In this document: one piece after another, positions 1 through 13,225 of the stretch | Layout: every line of letters starts with the position of its first letter | Numbering within the stretch: the first letter of the stretch is position 1 | Assembly: GCA_036172245.1 (NCBI GenBank) | Contig: JAYWIR010000006.1 | Location: 2,170,001-2,234,000, forward strand | Length of the DNA stretch: 64,000 nt | Reading direction: 5' to 3' | Source: Raillietiella orientalis | Taxonomy: Eukaryota | Notes under the pieces: generated by a model | What the model was told of the DNA's origin: nothing | Database searches by the model: none | What the model saw: only the letters and a program-made list of their open reading frames with translations | Made by a program: the position numbers and the translations under genes

Positions 1-2714
1 GCATCTCCTGGAACCCTGCTGGCGTCAGCAGCGAAGCCGCGTCTTCCCAGCTTCGTTGCCACTTGTGATTCGGTCACCCCAGGGCGTCCATTCGAATTAA
101 GACCTATGTTGAGCGCCGGCACGCAAGTCGGCAGTGAAGAAAGCGGTAAAAGTGGGGCAGAAAGCAGGAAGATCAGAAAGGAAGCAAAAAAAAATAAATA
201 GGCAAATAACTAAAATGTCACGAGGATTGGGGATCGCCTAAAAATAATGCTTCCGGCACCAGGATCGAGGCAGGTTTGTCCGTTTCCACTAAGAAGTCGG
301 CGTCTGCCTTTACTCCTGGGCGAAGGTTGCACCCTCCTCTTCATCGGGGCAATGTTCGGTCGTTCCTTGCGGCGGCCCGTGCTCCACCTCGTGGTGAGCC
401 ATCACGATCACATGGATTCAGCATGCGATGGCCAGGGAGCCGGAGGTGGAGCGTCCACAATCTCGCCGAAGCTGCCGAAGGGAGTCCCACGGGTGCAAGA
501 GGGCTGCAGCTGTGCTCTTCCATCCTTCCAGACATTTGGTTCCCGACGGGCCGCTCAAGAGCAGAGGTGTTGGGATGTTCCTTGTTGAGGAGGAGATTCT
601 GTCAGACAGGCTCATTTCATCGTTTCGAAACCCACGACTGGCAGCAGCTGCAGCTGTCTCCCCTATGACGGATGGACTCGGTTGTCCTCGAGCAGGGACA
701 ACGGCCAAAGGCGTATTGTCTTCTGAGGTTTCTACTGCTTTGGTTTAGATGGTGTTTCTGAGGGTATGTGGGGCGCCCAGATTCACCAGTCGTATTGAAT
801 ACTGGACAGCTGGACTGGTTCGCATTTGGTCTAAGGATTTCTAGCTCTTGAAGGACCACGTCATTCTTTGGGTGCCAGGGTTCCAGTAACCGGAGGACAA
901 TTGTGCGAGTTGACCCTTGACCTCCTCCCTAGAGCGCATGGTTCCCGTATTCTCGTTCTTTCGCGTGCCATCTGAACAAAGCCGGTGTGCTTTTCTCAGG
1001 ACGAGATCAGGTCTCCAGAGGTGAGTGCCATCGCCGATAGTCCGCTTGTCACATTCTTGGAGCAGCCGAACAGGACTTCGCGCGCGCACCCTCGTGCAGA
1101 CGCACGCAGAGAACTCCCCTCCCTCCTCTCCTTCCTTTGAGGCCGTGGTTTTCGGCTCCAAAGAACTCCCCACCCTCCTTCGCTCGGAGAGCTGTTTCGC
1201 GTCTCTTCGCTTCTCCCCTCGCCGCATTTTTCGGAGAAGTCTCATTTCCCACCTCGACATTGCTGACGCCAGCAGATCGCATCCGGAACCTGGGAGACCG
1301 GCTTGACTTACGCGATGTTACTGCCATCATCCGTGGGTAACCTCGGGTGGTGTCGATTTTACCTTCCACGAGGCACTCTGCTGCGGCGAACAGTCCGGTT
1401 GTAGAATGGAGGGGGCTCTCCAGCTTGGATGAGGGCGCTTCTGATGGCTTGTTCGAACCACAAGGATGGGCTGGAACACCGGCACGGCGTGTGTCGCGCA
1501 TTGCATGGCTTCTCTTGAAGAAGAGGATGGAGCGACCAAGAGCATGTTCTCGAACGCTGCCCGATGCCTGCAAGAGAAGGCACTGCTTCCGAGCGGCAGG
1601 CCTTGTCTCGACCGCAATCGGGAACCCTCCACTCGCGCTTTGTCAACAGCGACCTCCAGCACGCCTCTGTCTACGGAGCATGCAGTCCTGCAGCCTTACA
1701 CTGTGAGGACCATCAGCGATGGTCCCCACAGCGTAAGATCGAGCGACTTCTGTATGTTGTATTTCCATGCTGGTGACGAAAGGGGGGGAGAGGAGAGAAA
1801 CGGAAAGAATCGTGGTGATGATTGCGATGATACGGTGGTGGCGGAGATGGTGACAGATGTGGGAACCATCTTCGGAACGGCCCATTCATCCCGCCGGCTC
1901 ACATTTGCGAGGGTGCAGTTGGCATGTCGCGCGCAGGCTGGCAGCGGACGAGGCGCCGGGCTCGAGATGAGGCGCGCGCGCCCCAGACGCTGACAACAGC
2001 CAGCCCTCCGCGCCCTTTCCAGACACGGGAATTCTCCTTTCGGAATCACCCGTCAGAGCAGAGGTAATCCCGCGCTCTTTCCCCCGGTTTCTTTTCTCCC
2101 CATCTCCCTCCTTCCCTTCTCCAGGCCTTTCTCCCCACGAGCCCTTGACGAAACAGGGATCGAAAACGAAGTTAACGAACTTGGACGCTTTCCTGACCGC
2201 CGAAGGAAGCAGCAGCAGCGCGAACGAAGTGGATGGGGAGGTGTGAAAGGAGGAGGAGGAGGACGCAGGCTGGAAACGGCAAAATTTTTCCTTTTCCCTG
2301 TTTTTGTTTTTCCTTTTTCTTTTCTTTCCTTTTTTTTTTCTTTTCTTAGCTGTTCTTAGGTCTGCTGAGATCTGGAGAGACTCACTGCCGACGTGTACCC
2401 TCGCTTTTTCCTTTTTTTTTTTTTCAGATTTTTTCCCCAAAGTCGTGACTGGGGTAGCTGGAGCACATCGATAGGAAGTGATTTTCTGTTGGAAACCAAC
2501 AAAAATACTCTTTTCCCTATTCCGGGCTCTTTTTCCTTCTTTCTCTTAGAGGGGAAAGGGTGGGAAGCTTCCTTTGCTTCTTTGCCAACGGCCACGTATC
2601 CTGGAAAACTGCAGGCAGAGCTCCAGATCCGAGTTCCAGGATTTTACCGACTGCCCTGTGCTGCATGCGGCTCTAAAAAGGCAGGTCAACGTTTGACGGC
2701 CCCATGGCTTGGAT

Positions 2715-2910
2715 TCCCGCGCGTGGCACAGAGCGTTGTGGGTTCGAATCCCTCCCGGGGAAGGCTCGACGCCAGAGAAATAGAGGGTGCCTCGTGGGTT
2801 TCTAGTTCCCCCTCACGGCAGGGCGACGCTGGTTGGCCTGGGAGGTTCCCGATACGGTACTGGCGGAAGTCGGTTGCTTTCGTTGGCTGGCCGGGATCGG
2901 AAGTTGACAA
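2715..2910 (+). mobile_element. Interspersed repeat family A, partial copy (tRNA/B-box-headed, SINE-like)
   Basis: B-box GGTTCGAATCC at 2741-2751, then GTGCCTCGTGGGTTTC...GACGCTGGTTGGCC...GCCGGGATCGGAAGTTGAC, which aligns by eye with the copies at ~4510, ~31190-31480 (minus) and ~33400-33900. Weaker similarity of 2950-3180 to 35050-35190. Boundaries approximate. Confidence 0.7.
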
Positions 2911-4504
2911 AGGAAAGGACAAGAGGAGGCATGTAAGGAAGCACGCCAAGAGCAAAACGGGAAAACAGGGAAAATCTGGAAAGGCATCGCAAAGGATTCC
3001 GTGTTTGTGCGCCGATTCACTTTCTATTCATTCCATCAGCCACTTCCCTTGCAAGTGCGTTCCTGGAGGATTCGAGCCGGGGAAGGCGCAAGTCGAAATG
3101 CCTTGCCTTGCAGTCTCCGGCCTCCGCCTTTAAAGGTCAGGGAGTCTCTTTGCCGATCGAGACCCTGGGTACCTCCGAGTCTGAAACGATCCCTGACGTG
3201 GTAGCTTGCTGTTTGCATGATCTCCTCGCGGCCTAGTTGATCCCCCTGAGACCAAGGATGGGGTCATTACCGTCTGGGTAATGACATCACACGTTCGCGC
3301 AGAGCTCGCGGAAGCTGAGAGATCGCAGACAAGGAGAATGGCGAGACTGGAGAGATTTGCAAGAAGCTGCTTGCCTTCTTTCGGATCGACCTGTAAGGAC
3401 CCAGAAGAGGAGAGAGAGGCAGACGGGAATTCCGATAAATCACTCGTGATGGTGGAGGGGGGGGGGGAATGATTTCCAGAGTAGGCCGCCTCTGCCGAGT
3501 AGCCCGATACCCCCCTAGGGTGTCACGACCTCCAAGCCACGGATCCCATAGCCTCGGGCGAACGCGAAGCCTGGAAACGTGTCTTCTTGGATGCGCGCGC
3601 CTGTCAGGAGCGTTGCCGCGGAAACGGGAGTGCCCATCCAAAGCGCAACGCAGCTCAGCACACGCAAGAACAGCGCGCAACGGACGCACCACCAAGGATG
3701 AAAAGGAAAGGCAGCTCGTGCGAAATCCCCCGTTCCGAACGCAGACGTCCTCTAGCGAGGTCATCGCCACCGGGATGCGTGGAGCCCTGCGCACACACAC
3801 TGCTCCGCTCCGGAGCCACAGCTGACTCTATCCGCGCGCGAGGCGAAACCGGGAATCTCCCTCTCCGCGCAGGAAAGCGAGGAGGGTCGAACCGGAAACG
3901 AAGAATAGAACTCCCCTTCCCCTCCCCCTTGTCGGAGGTGAGAGGGTTCGCGCTTCCTCTCCTTCCCGTGAACCTCGTGCGCTCGGGAAGGAGGGACTTC
4001 AGGCAACGGCCGCTCCGAAGGCATCCCTGGCGCAGCGAGAACCGTGATTAAGCTTCGTAATATCTTTTCCCGAGGACCAATTAGTTCAGCTACTCACGTC
4101 CTCAAAAGCGAAAGACTCCACTCGTGTGCTTGGCGGAATCCTCAGAATTTAGTGATGAAAATTAAGGCCCGGGAATTACGGGGGGGGGAAGAGACGGGGG
4201 CCGTCTCTGCCCGCCGGTTTTCCGATCAGGAGAAACCTTCGAATTTTTCCTCTTCTGCTTTCATTTCCGGCTCTAATTACCATGGAAATTCGGCGAATTC
4301 AAAGTATGGAGTCGTAATCTTCCCTGATCCCAACTTTGAATCAAGGAGGATTAAATTCGAACGAGGGATTAAAGAGACTGGGAGGGGGAAGCCGGCGCCT
4401 CCCCAGAATCGCAAGTACATTGAATTTCCTCCGGCAGTACAATCCTATCGGTCACGGGAAGAAAGCGCGCGCAGTGCTTTCTTCCCTCAAGGGTGACTTG
4501 CCCG

Positions 4505-4770
4505 CGAGGGGCCGGCACTGCGTCGTGGGTTCGAAGCTTGGAGGCCGAGAACGGAGGATGCGTCGTGGGTTTCGAGGGCCCCCGCCCGCTTCCGCAGGAC
4601 GACGCCGGCTGGCCCACGGGCCTCGGGTGCCACACTGGTGGAAGCAGCAGCCGCAAACCGGATGCCCCCGTCGACCGGCCGGGATCGGAAGTCGACCCTC
4701 CGGGATCCATTCCAGGAATGCAAGGAGCCGGTCCCCTTCGGGGCTTCCCCCGCTCCGGTTGCGAAATCGC
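4505..4770 (+). mobile_element. Interspersed repeat family A, partial copy
   Basis: GGTTCGAAGCT at 4528, then GCGTCGTGGGTTTC...GACGCCGGCTGGCC...CCGGATGCCCC...GGAAGTCGACCCTCCGG...CCCCTTCGGGG; collinear with 33420-33960 once that copy's insertion is removed. Confidence 0.7.
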
Positions 4771-5231
4771 GCGTTCTGTTTTCACCCACCCACCCCCCCC
4801 GGGTGTGGGGGGAACTTCAGCCCCCACCATCCGCGAGAGCTTCTTCGCCTCGCCGCCGCACGCGAATACTGCGTGGCGCTCGGGCGGCGGTCCGCGGCTG
4901 CTCAAACCGAGGCGCGCCTCCCGTTGAACGTCATGATTTAGAGGAAGTGGCGTGACAAGGAATCGGAAGGCCTCGATTTTTCTTTGTAATATATTTTCCC
5001 TGTTAACTTTCTGGCAGCTGCTGGGAATGCCAAAGTACGCCGAGAGCGCGAGCTCCGAGTCGGAAGGCGTAGGTACGCCGGGCTCTCCCAAAGCAAACAG
5101 CTTGCCCGTAATGAACGAAACAAACACGTGATTATCACAAAGCTGGGCGGAAGGGAACGCGGGCTGCGGAGTGCAGGAGGATGACTTTTGTTTGCTCCCG
5201 CGTTAATCCGGGAACTTTCCAGTGTGGTGGC

Positions 5232-5316
5232 GTTTTTTTCTTTTCTTTTCTTTTCTTTTTTTTACTTCTTCCTCCTCCTCTTTTTTCCTTTTTTTTTTTT
5301 TTTTTTTTCTTTTGTA

Positions 5317-5348
<32 letters not shown>
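5232..5348. repeat. Compound microsatellite: (TTTTC)n / poly-T / (GCT)n
   Basis: Directly visible; explains the poly-Q/K/C/A runs in the ORF track. Confidence 0.9.
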
Positions 5349-6534
5349 ATCAAGAAACATGGAACAACTGTTTGCTTGCTCTTGCTGGAATGCAATACCG
5401 GCGAGCGGCATACATCTTTTATTGGAAAATTCTCTATTTAAAGAAGTATTGATTTTCACTCGGTCTTCACGCAGCTCATTTGACCATGGAAACGGATACT
5501 CGCCGCACTTCCTGGAGAACCGAAGGGTGCGATGTTCGAACCGGAGCCCGGAAACAGTCGGCGTCGTTGTTATTCTGTATCCCCCCTTGGAGACCAACCG
5601 GTAATTTATAAATTCCGTTTAGCGCTCACGGAATTGGGGTGCCGTGGATCCCTTCGCGCGCAGGTGGGGCCCGCGGGACGTTCGAGGGAAAGTCGGCGCG
5701 CGGCCCGCCCGTCGGAATTCCGAAGCTCCGCCCTCCCCCCCCCCCCGCTTGGGGGCAAGCGGGGAGGGCTCGAATTTCACCCGTCGGGGGGACGGGATTC
5801 CCAGAGTGGCTCGGGACGGAGGGGATGGTCACTCGAGGTCAGCGATTCGAAGGTCCCGAACTTCGCGCGCACCGGTGCGGCGTTCTTCCAGAGTTCGCGA
5901 CGCTTCCATGGAAAAAAAAAGAAAAAAAGGGAACACAAAAGTTTCCGAAAAAAATATGGTGGGGAAAAGGCAGGGATCGCAGCATCAGCCTTCCTGGCGT
6001 CCTGGGCATCCTGTCCAGGATGCAGGCGAGTTCCTCCTAGCGACGCGTGACGTGAGGAAGAACAAAGGAGGAGGAAGGGAATGGAAACTCAGGGGAAAGA
6101 AAAACGAAGAGGAGAAGAAAGCAAGGAAGAAGAAAAAAATTTTTCTTGAAAGAACGGCTTAGAAGGGAACCCGGGGCGGCTCGAACGAGTTCCTCTCCAC
6201 GACTGCAGCAAGGAATCATGGGAAAGAGCGGGAGCCTCGTGCTTCCCCTATTTTGTGTGCGTGTGCGTGCGCGCGCCTTCCTCGGCATCCTACGAGACTC
6301 CCGGAAAGGTGGACCTCCGCGATCTCGGAAGTCTCGCCTGCAGGATCCGAAACTTTCTTCATCTCCCGGTGTCAGCACGCTCGCTCCGCGTGCGTGCGCG
6401 CGCACAGCGGGGCGCGTGGGTGCCGCAGGTGGGAGGCAAGCGAACCGCTCGACCACCACCAGGCGGACGAAACGAGCGAATCGCTGCCGGCGGGCGGTGA
6501 AGAGTGGCACGCGCCTGCTTGAAGCAGCGCGACC

Positions 6535-6752
6535 TTTTTATCCTTGAAGGGTGAAACGGCGGGAACGATGAATTGCGTGGAATGAAAGCGATATCCCCTT
6601 TTTATCCTTAAGGAGTACGAAAAAAAAAAAAAAAAACGAGAATGACGAATTGCACCGAATGAACGCTGTTATCCTTGAAGGATTAAGCCACGAAAACGCT
6701 ATATTGGATTACATGGGACGAAAACAGCATGCCCCATTATCCCTGAAGGATG
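6535..6752. repeat. Degenerate tandem repeat, ~66-bp period, core TTATCCTT(G)AAGG
   Basis: Core at ~6538, ~6602, ~6669 and ~6737; the first two units also share GAATTGC...GAATGAA. Confidence 0.65.
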
Positions 6753-9639
6753 GAAACCTTGGAAACGGGAAGGGGCACTCGGCGAGCACGGCGAAACCAT
6801 GACGCAGCGACGAAAAGATGAGACGGTGCCAAGGCGGAGGCGGGGATCGCCTTTGGTGCCAAGCGGGGAAGAGCGGGAGAGACTCCGAAAGGGAATTCTG
6901 GATGCGGATGGCATCGAACCCGCGCCGGTGACGGATTTCTGGAGAGATGCGCCAATGCGCTGTTTTCGGGAGGCACAGGAGCGCATGCGGTCGGCAACGT
7001 AGAGGCGCGCGTTCGCGCGCGTGAACCGAGGGCAGAGGCCGCAGTCGCCCGGAAGGCGTTCGGAACTGCACGCGGCTTGGATGAAACCGACGAAGATCGC
7101 GCCCGCGCTCCCGCAAAGGAAGGCGACCGGCGGCGAAGGGAAGGGAAAGGGAGGACATCCCTCGAGGATATGGCCCCATTCTCCGTACGCCCCTGACCCC
7201 CGACGTACCCGATGTTAGCTTGGCGGAGCACCCTGCGAAGTTCCTCCTCTCGGTGTCCAACCCCCAGGCTGCAGCGGGAGAGCGGGAAAGCGTCCCGGAA
7301 GCCTCCCCCGGACAGGAAGCGGGGAGGTGGTGGCCCGTCCGCCCATCATCCCGCTGCTGAGTTGCAGTGCTCCCCGTTTGGCGCGGGCGACACCTTGCCA
7401 CGGCGCTCTCCCTGCGGCCGGAAACTCGGGGCAGGACCCGTCGCGTCGTTAGGAGCCTCTCCCGCGGGACTCGAGGGTTTAAGAAGGGTCGAACCACCGT
7501 TCCCCAGAAAGTGGAGATGGGCCGAGGGGAAAGGGCAGAAGGCAGCATCTCTCCGCGTCTTCTGGATTCCGCGTGCGATGTAGGCTGCGTCCCTCTTTCG
7601 ATCCTCGCCGAGAGCGGGATCACTCCGCCCCACAGGGCATCCGAGGAGGATGCGAAGCGTGCCGCGAGGAGGCGTTTCCGCACTAAAGGACGCCGGCACC
7701 TCTGGGAGACGCTGGGAAAGAGGGAGGTGGAGGGGAGTTCTGGAAACCGCGCCCTGGAGCAATGGTGAAACGGCGGACTGCGGCGCCCTGGTGATGCAGT
7801 CGGCAATCCGTGCTAGGGCCACCCCTCTTTTCTTCCTCCTCCCCCCTCCCTCCATCCCCATGAGCAACCCGCGGCACGGTGCTGCTCGACGCCGCGTACC
7901 GGCGAAGCGAGCCTCGCGACCCCCGGTGCATCCTCCTTTACGTTGCTGAGGAAGACAGAGAGGTGGTGCCGCCACGTAGACGCAGCTGCAGAGGTAGAGG
8001 AGGGCCGCTTGTGAAATGGACGTGCTGCGGGCAGAACACTCAGGACGAATGAGCGATGTCCCTCGATCCGACCCGTTGCCCATTTATTGATTTTTATTTG
8101 TTTGCTCTCGTTTTAAGGAGCTGAGACTGCTCGGAGCACGTGGCGCCGGGAGGAGGAGAAGGAAAGGTTGGAGTTGAGAGAGCCTGCGATCCTTTTATCT
8201 CTCCCGGACCGCTTTCTCTCCGCAGCCGAGCCCGTGAGAGGGGCAGCTTGCCTACGGCATCTCCTGGGACTCCGGAAGGCACCCGTCGCCTACGAGAGCG
8301 CCTCCCCGTGGGGGTGGGCGTGTCGCCATACCCTTCCCCTCGCATCCCCCAGGACCACGGAAGAGATCACCCCAGACGGGGCCAGGAAGGAGTGACCCCT
8401 GACTTCCTGCCTCTGAATGACCCACTCTCCGAACTGGAGCGTCCGCCGAGAAACGGACTGGGGGCTGCAGCGTCACCCTCGAGTAGAATGTATTGAGGGG
8501 AGGGGGAAAGGAAGGAGGGGGCTGTGGGAAGGCTCACGACGAAGGCGCGCCCCGAGAAAGCCGTGGAACCACGCCGCCGAGAAGGCCGCGAAGGGAGCTC
8601 TGCTGCCGGAAGGTGCTCTCCGGGAGGCGGAAGAGCTCCAAGTCGCCGGGAGACGAGCGAGGGTGAAGAGGAGGCGCAACCAGCCGACCAGCGACCGTCC
8701 CCTTGGTGGAGACCGTTGAGGGGGAGCTCGAAGAGTGCAATGCCAGCGGGGCGGAGGGAAGAGATCGCGGGACCGGAAACGAAAAGACCGGGAATCTTCC
8801 AGTGAGGAAAGAAGGTGAGGGGACACCAGAAAACGCCAACTTCGAGGTCTCGACGGTTCCGGAAAAACAGAGAGGGGAGGGGGGGAGGCTCGCTAGAACC
8901 CCGCATCTCATCCCGGACCCCTTGATAGTGCTTCAAATAAATTGATTCTGGATGATTCCAGGATAGTGGAGACTCGCTGGGACGGAGATGAACGGAAGCG
9001 GCAGATGCACGGCACCAAGCGGAACATCCCCTTCGCCTTAAGAGGGCGCTCCGTGGACCGGCAAAGGCAACTCCGGGAGCGACCCCTGAGATGGCTCTGA
9101 TGCACGTGGGGACTTCAGCGGAGCATCCCGCCCAAGATTTGGAAGCCTGACACTGGAGGAAAGGGTGCGGGGCAGAGGATCCGAAAATGGACTCTCAAGG
9201 GGTCGCGCGTCCTAGGAGCAGATTGCTCTGTCTTAATGCGTGGGATTCGGTGTCCCCCAGCAGCCCCTCGGCACCGGAGAAGAGGCAGCTCCCGAACGCA
9301 AGTTGTCCCAGACTCCACAAGGCTCCGGGCCAGAAAATGGAGGCCGCGACACCGACTAGAAGACGCCCGACGCCCCTTTGCCGGCGACAAAAGGCAAGAA
9401 GGGCAGCCTCCTGTCAGGGACGCAGCTTTTCTCAGGTCGGAGCTCCCCCCTTCGAATACGAGAACAGGGAGATTGCGCTCGGGATCGATCGCGGAGAGGA
9501 GAAGGCAGCATCCGGATTGTCCGTTTGCAGGACAGAGGTCGGCTGCTCGACCATCCGAACCAAAGAAAGCAAGGGAGCGCCGATCAATAAAATTCGGGAT
9601 GGGACAACAAAGAATAGGTGGTGATACCAAGAAGAGGCG

Positions 9640-10062
9640 GGCGACAACAAACGATAGACAACAATGAGAAGAGGCTACTAAAAGACAGCACTCACAAAAA
9701 ACGGCAGGTAATGGGTACTGCACAGTAACAAACAGCACCCAATAACAGAAGGCAGTAACAAGCACTAAGGGTGAATAGAAACGCAACAAACGGTGGGTGA
9801 GGGCAAACGCAACGAGCAGTACGCAGTAACAAACATCAGACAATAGCAAACAATAGCCAATAGCAAAAGGTAATAAACCAACAATGCGTAATGGAATACA
9901 GTAGGAATTTCCAGAGGCACTTGCAACAAACGGTAGGTAATCACATTCGGAAAACGCAGTGCGCACGGCAAACAGCAGGTAGCAAGCAGTAGGTGGTAGC
10001 AAACAGCAGGCCATAACAAACAGCAGGTAATTGAAAGCAGTGGATATTAATAAACGGTAGAT
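9640..10062. repeat. Degenerate strand-asymmetric minisatellite, core (A/G)CAAACAGCAGGTA / ACAAACGGTAGGTA
   Basis: Many imperfect copies with strong T depletion on the + strand; explains the Cys/Leu/Tyr-rich start of ORF 9115..10014. Confidence 0.75.
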
Positions 10063-12319
10063 GGCCGAGAATTAAAAAATCTCGATTGACATTCAAAGTT
10101 CGCCTATGGTTTGTTGTCTCAAGAAAACGCCCACGGCTGGAGGAATTGGCGAGTTCTCCCTTTTTCGTGTGTGTTTTGCAGCAGGGAGACCTGACGTTGT
10201 GAGGAAATTTCGCGTGCGAGCACGTCAGCAGGGGGGCGCGGGGCAAGCTCGCCAACAAGTGGGCCGCCACCTCCCGATGGCGTGCGGCGCGCGCGCTAGA
10301 ATTCCAAGCGCGGCGTAGCCTCCTTCCACTCCGGATCGCCATATTGGGAACAGGGCAAACGGCTAAGATGGCGGGCGCGTCTCTCGGAATTCCTCGGACC
10401 GTCGTGTTCGCGCGCGTACAAGCGCCCGCGCGCGGCTAACGAGAAGCTGCGGAGTCCGGAAGGGCTCTTCAGTCTTCTTCGGGACTTCGCGATGCTGCGT
10501 CCCTAGAGCGAAGCTTCCCAGCAGAGGGATGCAGTCTTCTGAAGCTCGGAAGGTGGGCTCTGAAGGGGGAACGGGCGTGAAATGCTACCGGTTGGCGCGC
10601 GGGCGCGGCGAACTCGACTTGCAACGTCCGTTCTTCGCTGCCTGCGAACGGGGCGAGCCAGCACAGCCGCAACCCGGCATAGGGCGGGTCCGATCCTGGG
10701 GAGAGGACGGCGAGATCACCACCCCCAGTCCCTCTCACCTTGAACTTTGCACCGGGCGACGCTGTCGAGACGACGGACGAAATCCGCGCGTCGAGAGAGG
10801 ATCACTGGACCATTGGAGGTTTCTTCCTCCCTCCTGGAAGCGTTGAGAGGGGGTCGTTCCTCCAGACCCGAGCTCGGTCCCTTCTTCACCCTCCTTGGGG
10901 AGCCGCACAAGAGCAGGAAGGCAAACTGAGGTCATCTCTCTTCCCCTCTCCTCCCCCGACAGCCGCTGGGAAAACTTCGAGTCCACAGATGGAAGGTCCT
11001 CACCTCCCCTCCAGGGCGTCCGGGGAGTCCCGACCGCTGTTTCCTCTGGGTCGAGAGGGCAGCGTCCAAACGTCCGCAGTTCCCAACGGGATCGGGAGCT
11101 CCGCCGGAGTCCCCACTCGTCTTTCCTCCCCCCTCTCCAGAATAAGAGGGGGAGGAAAAGAGGGAGACACGTCCCAGGAGGCTTCCGATGCTCCGGGATA
11201 GCGACTAGCTCTCTGGAACGGACCGTCCGTGACCTCTCTAGACCGGCGGCGACCCCTTGCTGCTGCTGCTGCTCCCGGTCAAGGACTCTGAGGATTGCCT
11301 CCGCCGCCATGACCCTCGCCGTCGTCATCGTTGGCCACCACCACCATCGCTGTCAGCATCCCCGCTGCCGTCCCCGCCCTCGGTGCCTCACCCTGACTCA
11401 GGGAACCCAGAGATTTGCCCCTCCCCCTCCCCTCCTCCGCCAGGTCGCCTGGATCGACGGACTCAGAGCTCCTGGGAAGCCCCCCATTCAAGGTCTGCTG
11501 TGAGGCCCTCCCTCCCCCCTTTCCATTCCAGGAAGGAGCTGCTTGTTGTTTCGGGGGACTCCGGGGCACGGACGCGTGAGGTCACTGCTGGTCCGTGAAC
11601 TCGCCCTCCGTTGTCAGAGAATGCACTAGAGGCCGCCCCAGGCTGTTTCTCGTGGGTGCGCTCCCTGCTTTCTAACCAGGGAGAGAGACCCTAGCCCTAC
11701 CCCCCACCCTCTTTTCCTCTTCCTCTTCTCCCGTGGACACGCGGAAGATGTGGACAACACGTCGCGTAGGCCACGTTCCGTGTGGTCCCCAGTCGCGAAT
11801 CTCCCACCGCACAGGATGGCACTGGACAGCGAGACGGGGGAAGGAGGACACACACATCCGCCAACTCGAGGGTAATGGGCTTCTTGCCTTCTCGCACCCG
11901 GGACCTGCGAGACTCGGGGAGGGGGAGGAAACCGGAAGCGCCTCCCGCCGTCGCCGCCGCCACCTCCGCTGCAATCCGCGACTCGGCCCTCCCGCTCGCC
12001 GCCGGTCGTGAGGGCTCGCGCGTCTGCCGCCCGCTCCCGCGGCAGGAAGGTGGAGCAGCAGCTGCGGCTCCGAAGGGGCAGTGGCGGCGGCGGAGACGAC
12101 CACCCGCGTCGACCGCGGGCGACCTCCGCCCGTGCGCCGCCAAACGGACGCCGGAGCGGACGGCCCGGTCCGAGATGATGGCACGTGGTTCAACCGGGTG
12201 CAGGTAGTCCTGCGGGAAGTCTCGCCCGCAGCCTCAAGGCCGCTTCTGGGACTTCGCCATCACGGCATCCCTAAACGATCCCACCCACGATCCGGTGGCG
12301 CACGCGGGAACGGGTCCTC

Positions 12320-12670
12320 CAAACGAAAATGGGTTCCTCGTTGGGGAGGGATGGCTCCCTACCAGGAAGTGGGCTCTGCATTCTGAAATGGGTTCTCCCA
12401 GTCCGAAATAGGTTCTGAAATCCATTTCGGGTTCCGGAAACCTATTTTCGAAAATAGGTCCCTACCTGAAATAGGTTCTTCGGCAGCAAATGGATTCACT
12501 AGGCGGAAAAATGGTTTCCCTCTTGGAAATAGGTGCTGCGATCCGATTCCTCTACCCGGAAAGTGGGTTCCCCGCTCAGAAATGGAAATAGGTTTTCCTC
12601 TCGAAAATAGGGGATGCTTCGCTTGGAAGTCGCCCTCGGTATCTGGAAATAGGTCCTTCTTCCAGAAACG
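12320..12670. repeat. Degenerate minisatellite, core GAAAT(A/G)GGTTC, roughly 18-20 bp spacing
   Basis: More than ten imperfect copies, plus one inverted copy forming the palindrome ACCTATTTTCGAAAATAGGT at ~12440-12459. Confidence 0.8.
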
Positions 12671-12884
12671 CATTCCTCGTACCTGGACCAACACAAGCGG
12701 GGATTTGCAGCTCCAGCGGAACGCTGGTCTCATGCGACGCTCGCGTTGGGACCACCGGCAGCTGCAGCACGCAGCCGGACAGGGCCTCCTTGCTGTGTCC
12801 TGCCCCTGCTCCAGGGTCGGACGGTGTTCATGCAAGGGCCAGCGTTCTGGCGGAACAGGATTCAGGCAAGGAGCGGGAGCTGGT

Positions 12885-13225
12885 TCCTTGAGGGGCGCGA
12901 AGAGGCGAGGCGTGAAAGCTCCTTCCTTTTACTGGATTTCCCAAACACACGCGAAGTTTTTGTTTTTTTTTTTTTCCGGAGGGGAGGGAGAGGAAGGGAC
13001 ACTCCTTCGGATGCCTCGCGCAGTGATATTCCGGCCGAAAAGAAACGGAAAATTCCCTCTGAATGTCAGAGAGATACAGAGGGAGGGGGGGGCAGGGGGA
13101 CGCGGCTCCTCCGCTGACCCCCACCACATTGTGAAAAACCCACGCGTTTCCGTGTTTTTTGTCCACCTCTTTACAGCACAAGGCGGAGGAGGGTTAAGTG
13201 TCATCGTCTGGAAGTCGACGATGCG
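12885..13225 (+). repeat. Interspersed repeat family B, copy 1
   Basis: Collinear with 17372-17705: AAGAGGCGAGGCG, TTCGGATG(C/T)CTCG(C/T)GCAGTG, CTCTGAATGTCAG, GCTGACCCC(C)ACCACAT(T/C)GTGAAAAA, TTGTCCACC. Confidence 0.8.

Noticed and set aside
2715..2760. Possible tRNA genes at the GGTTCGAATCC motifs (also 33423)
   Set aside because: I could not fold a full cloverleaf, and the motifs are heads of a longer repeat family.
9115..10014. 299-aa hydrophobic Cys-rich ORF resembling a membrane protein
   Set aside because: It is the translation of the CAAACAGCAGGTA-type minisatellite.
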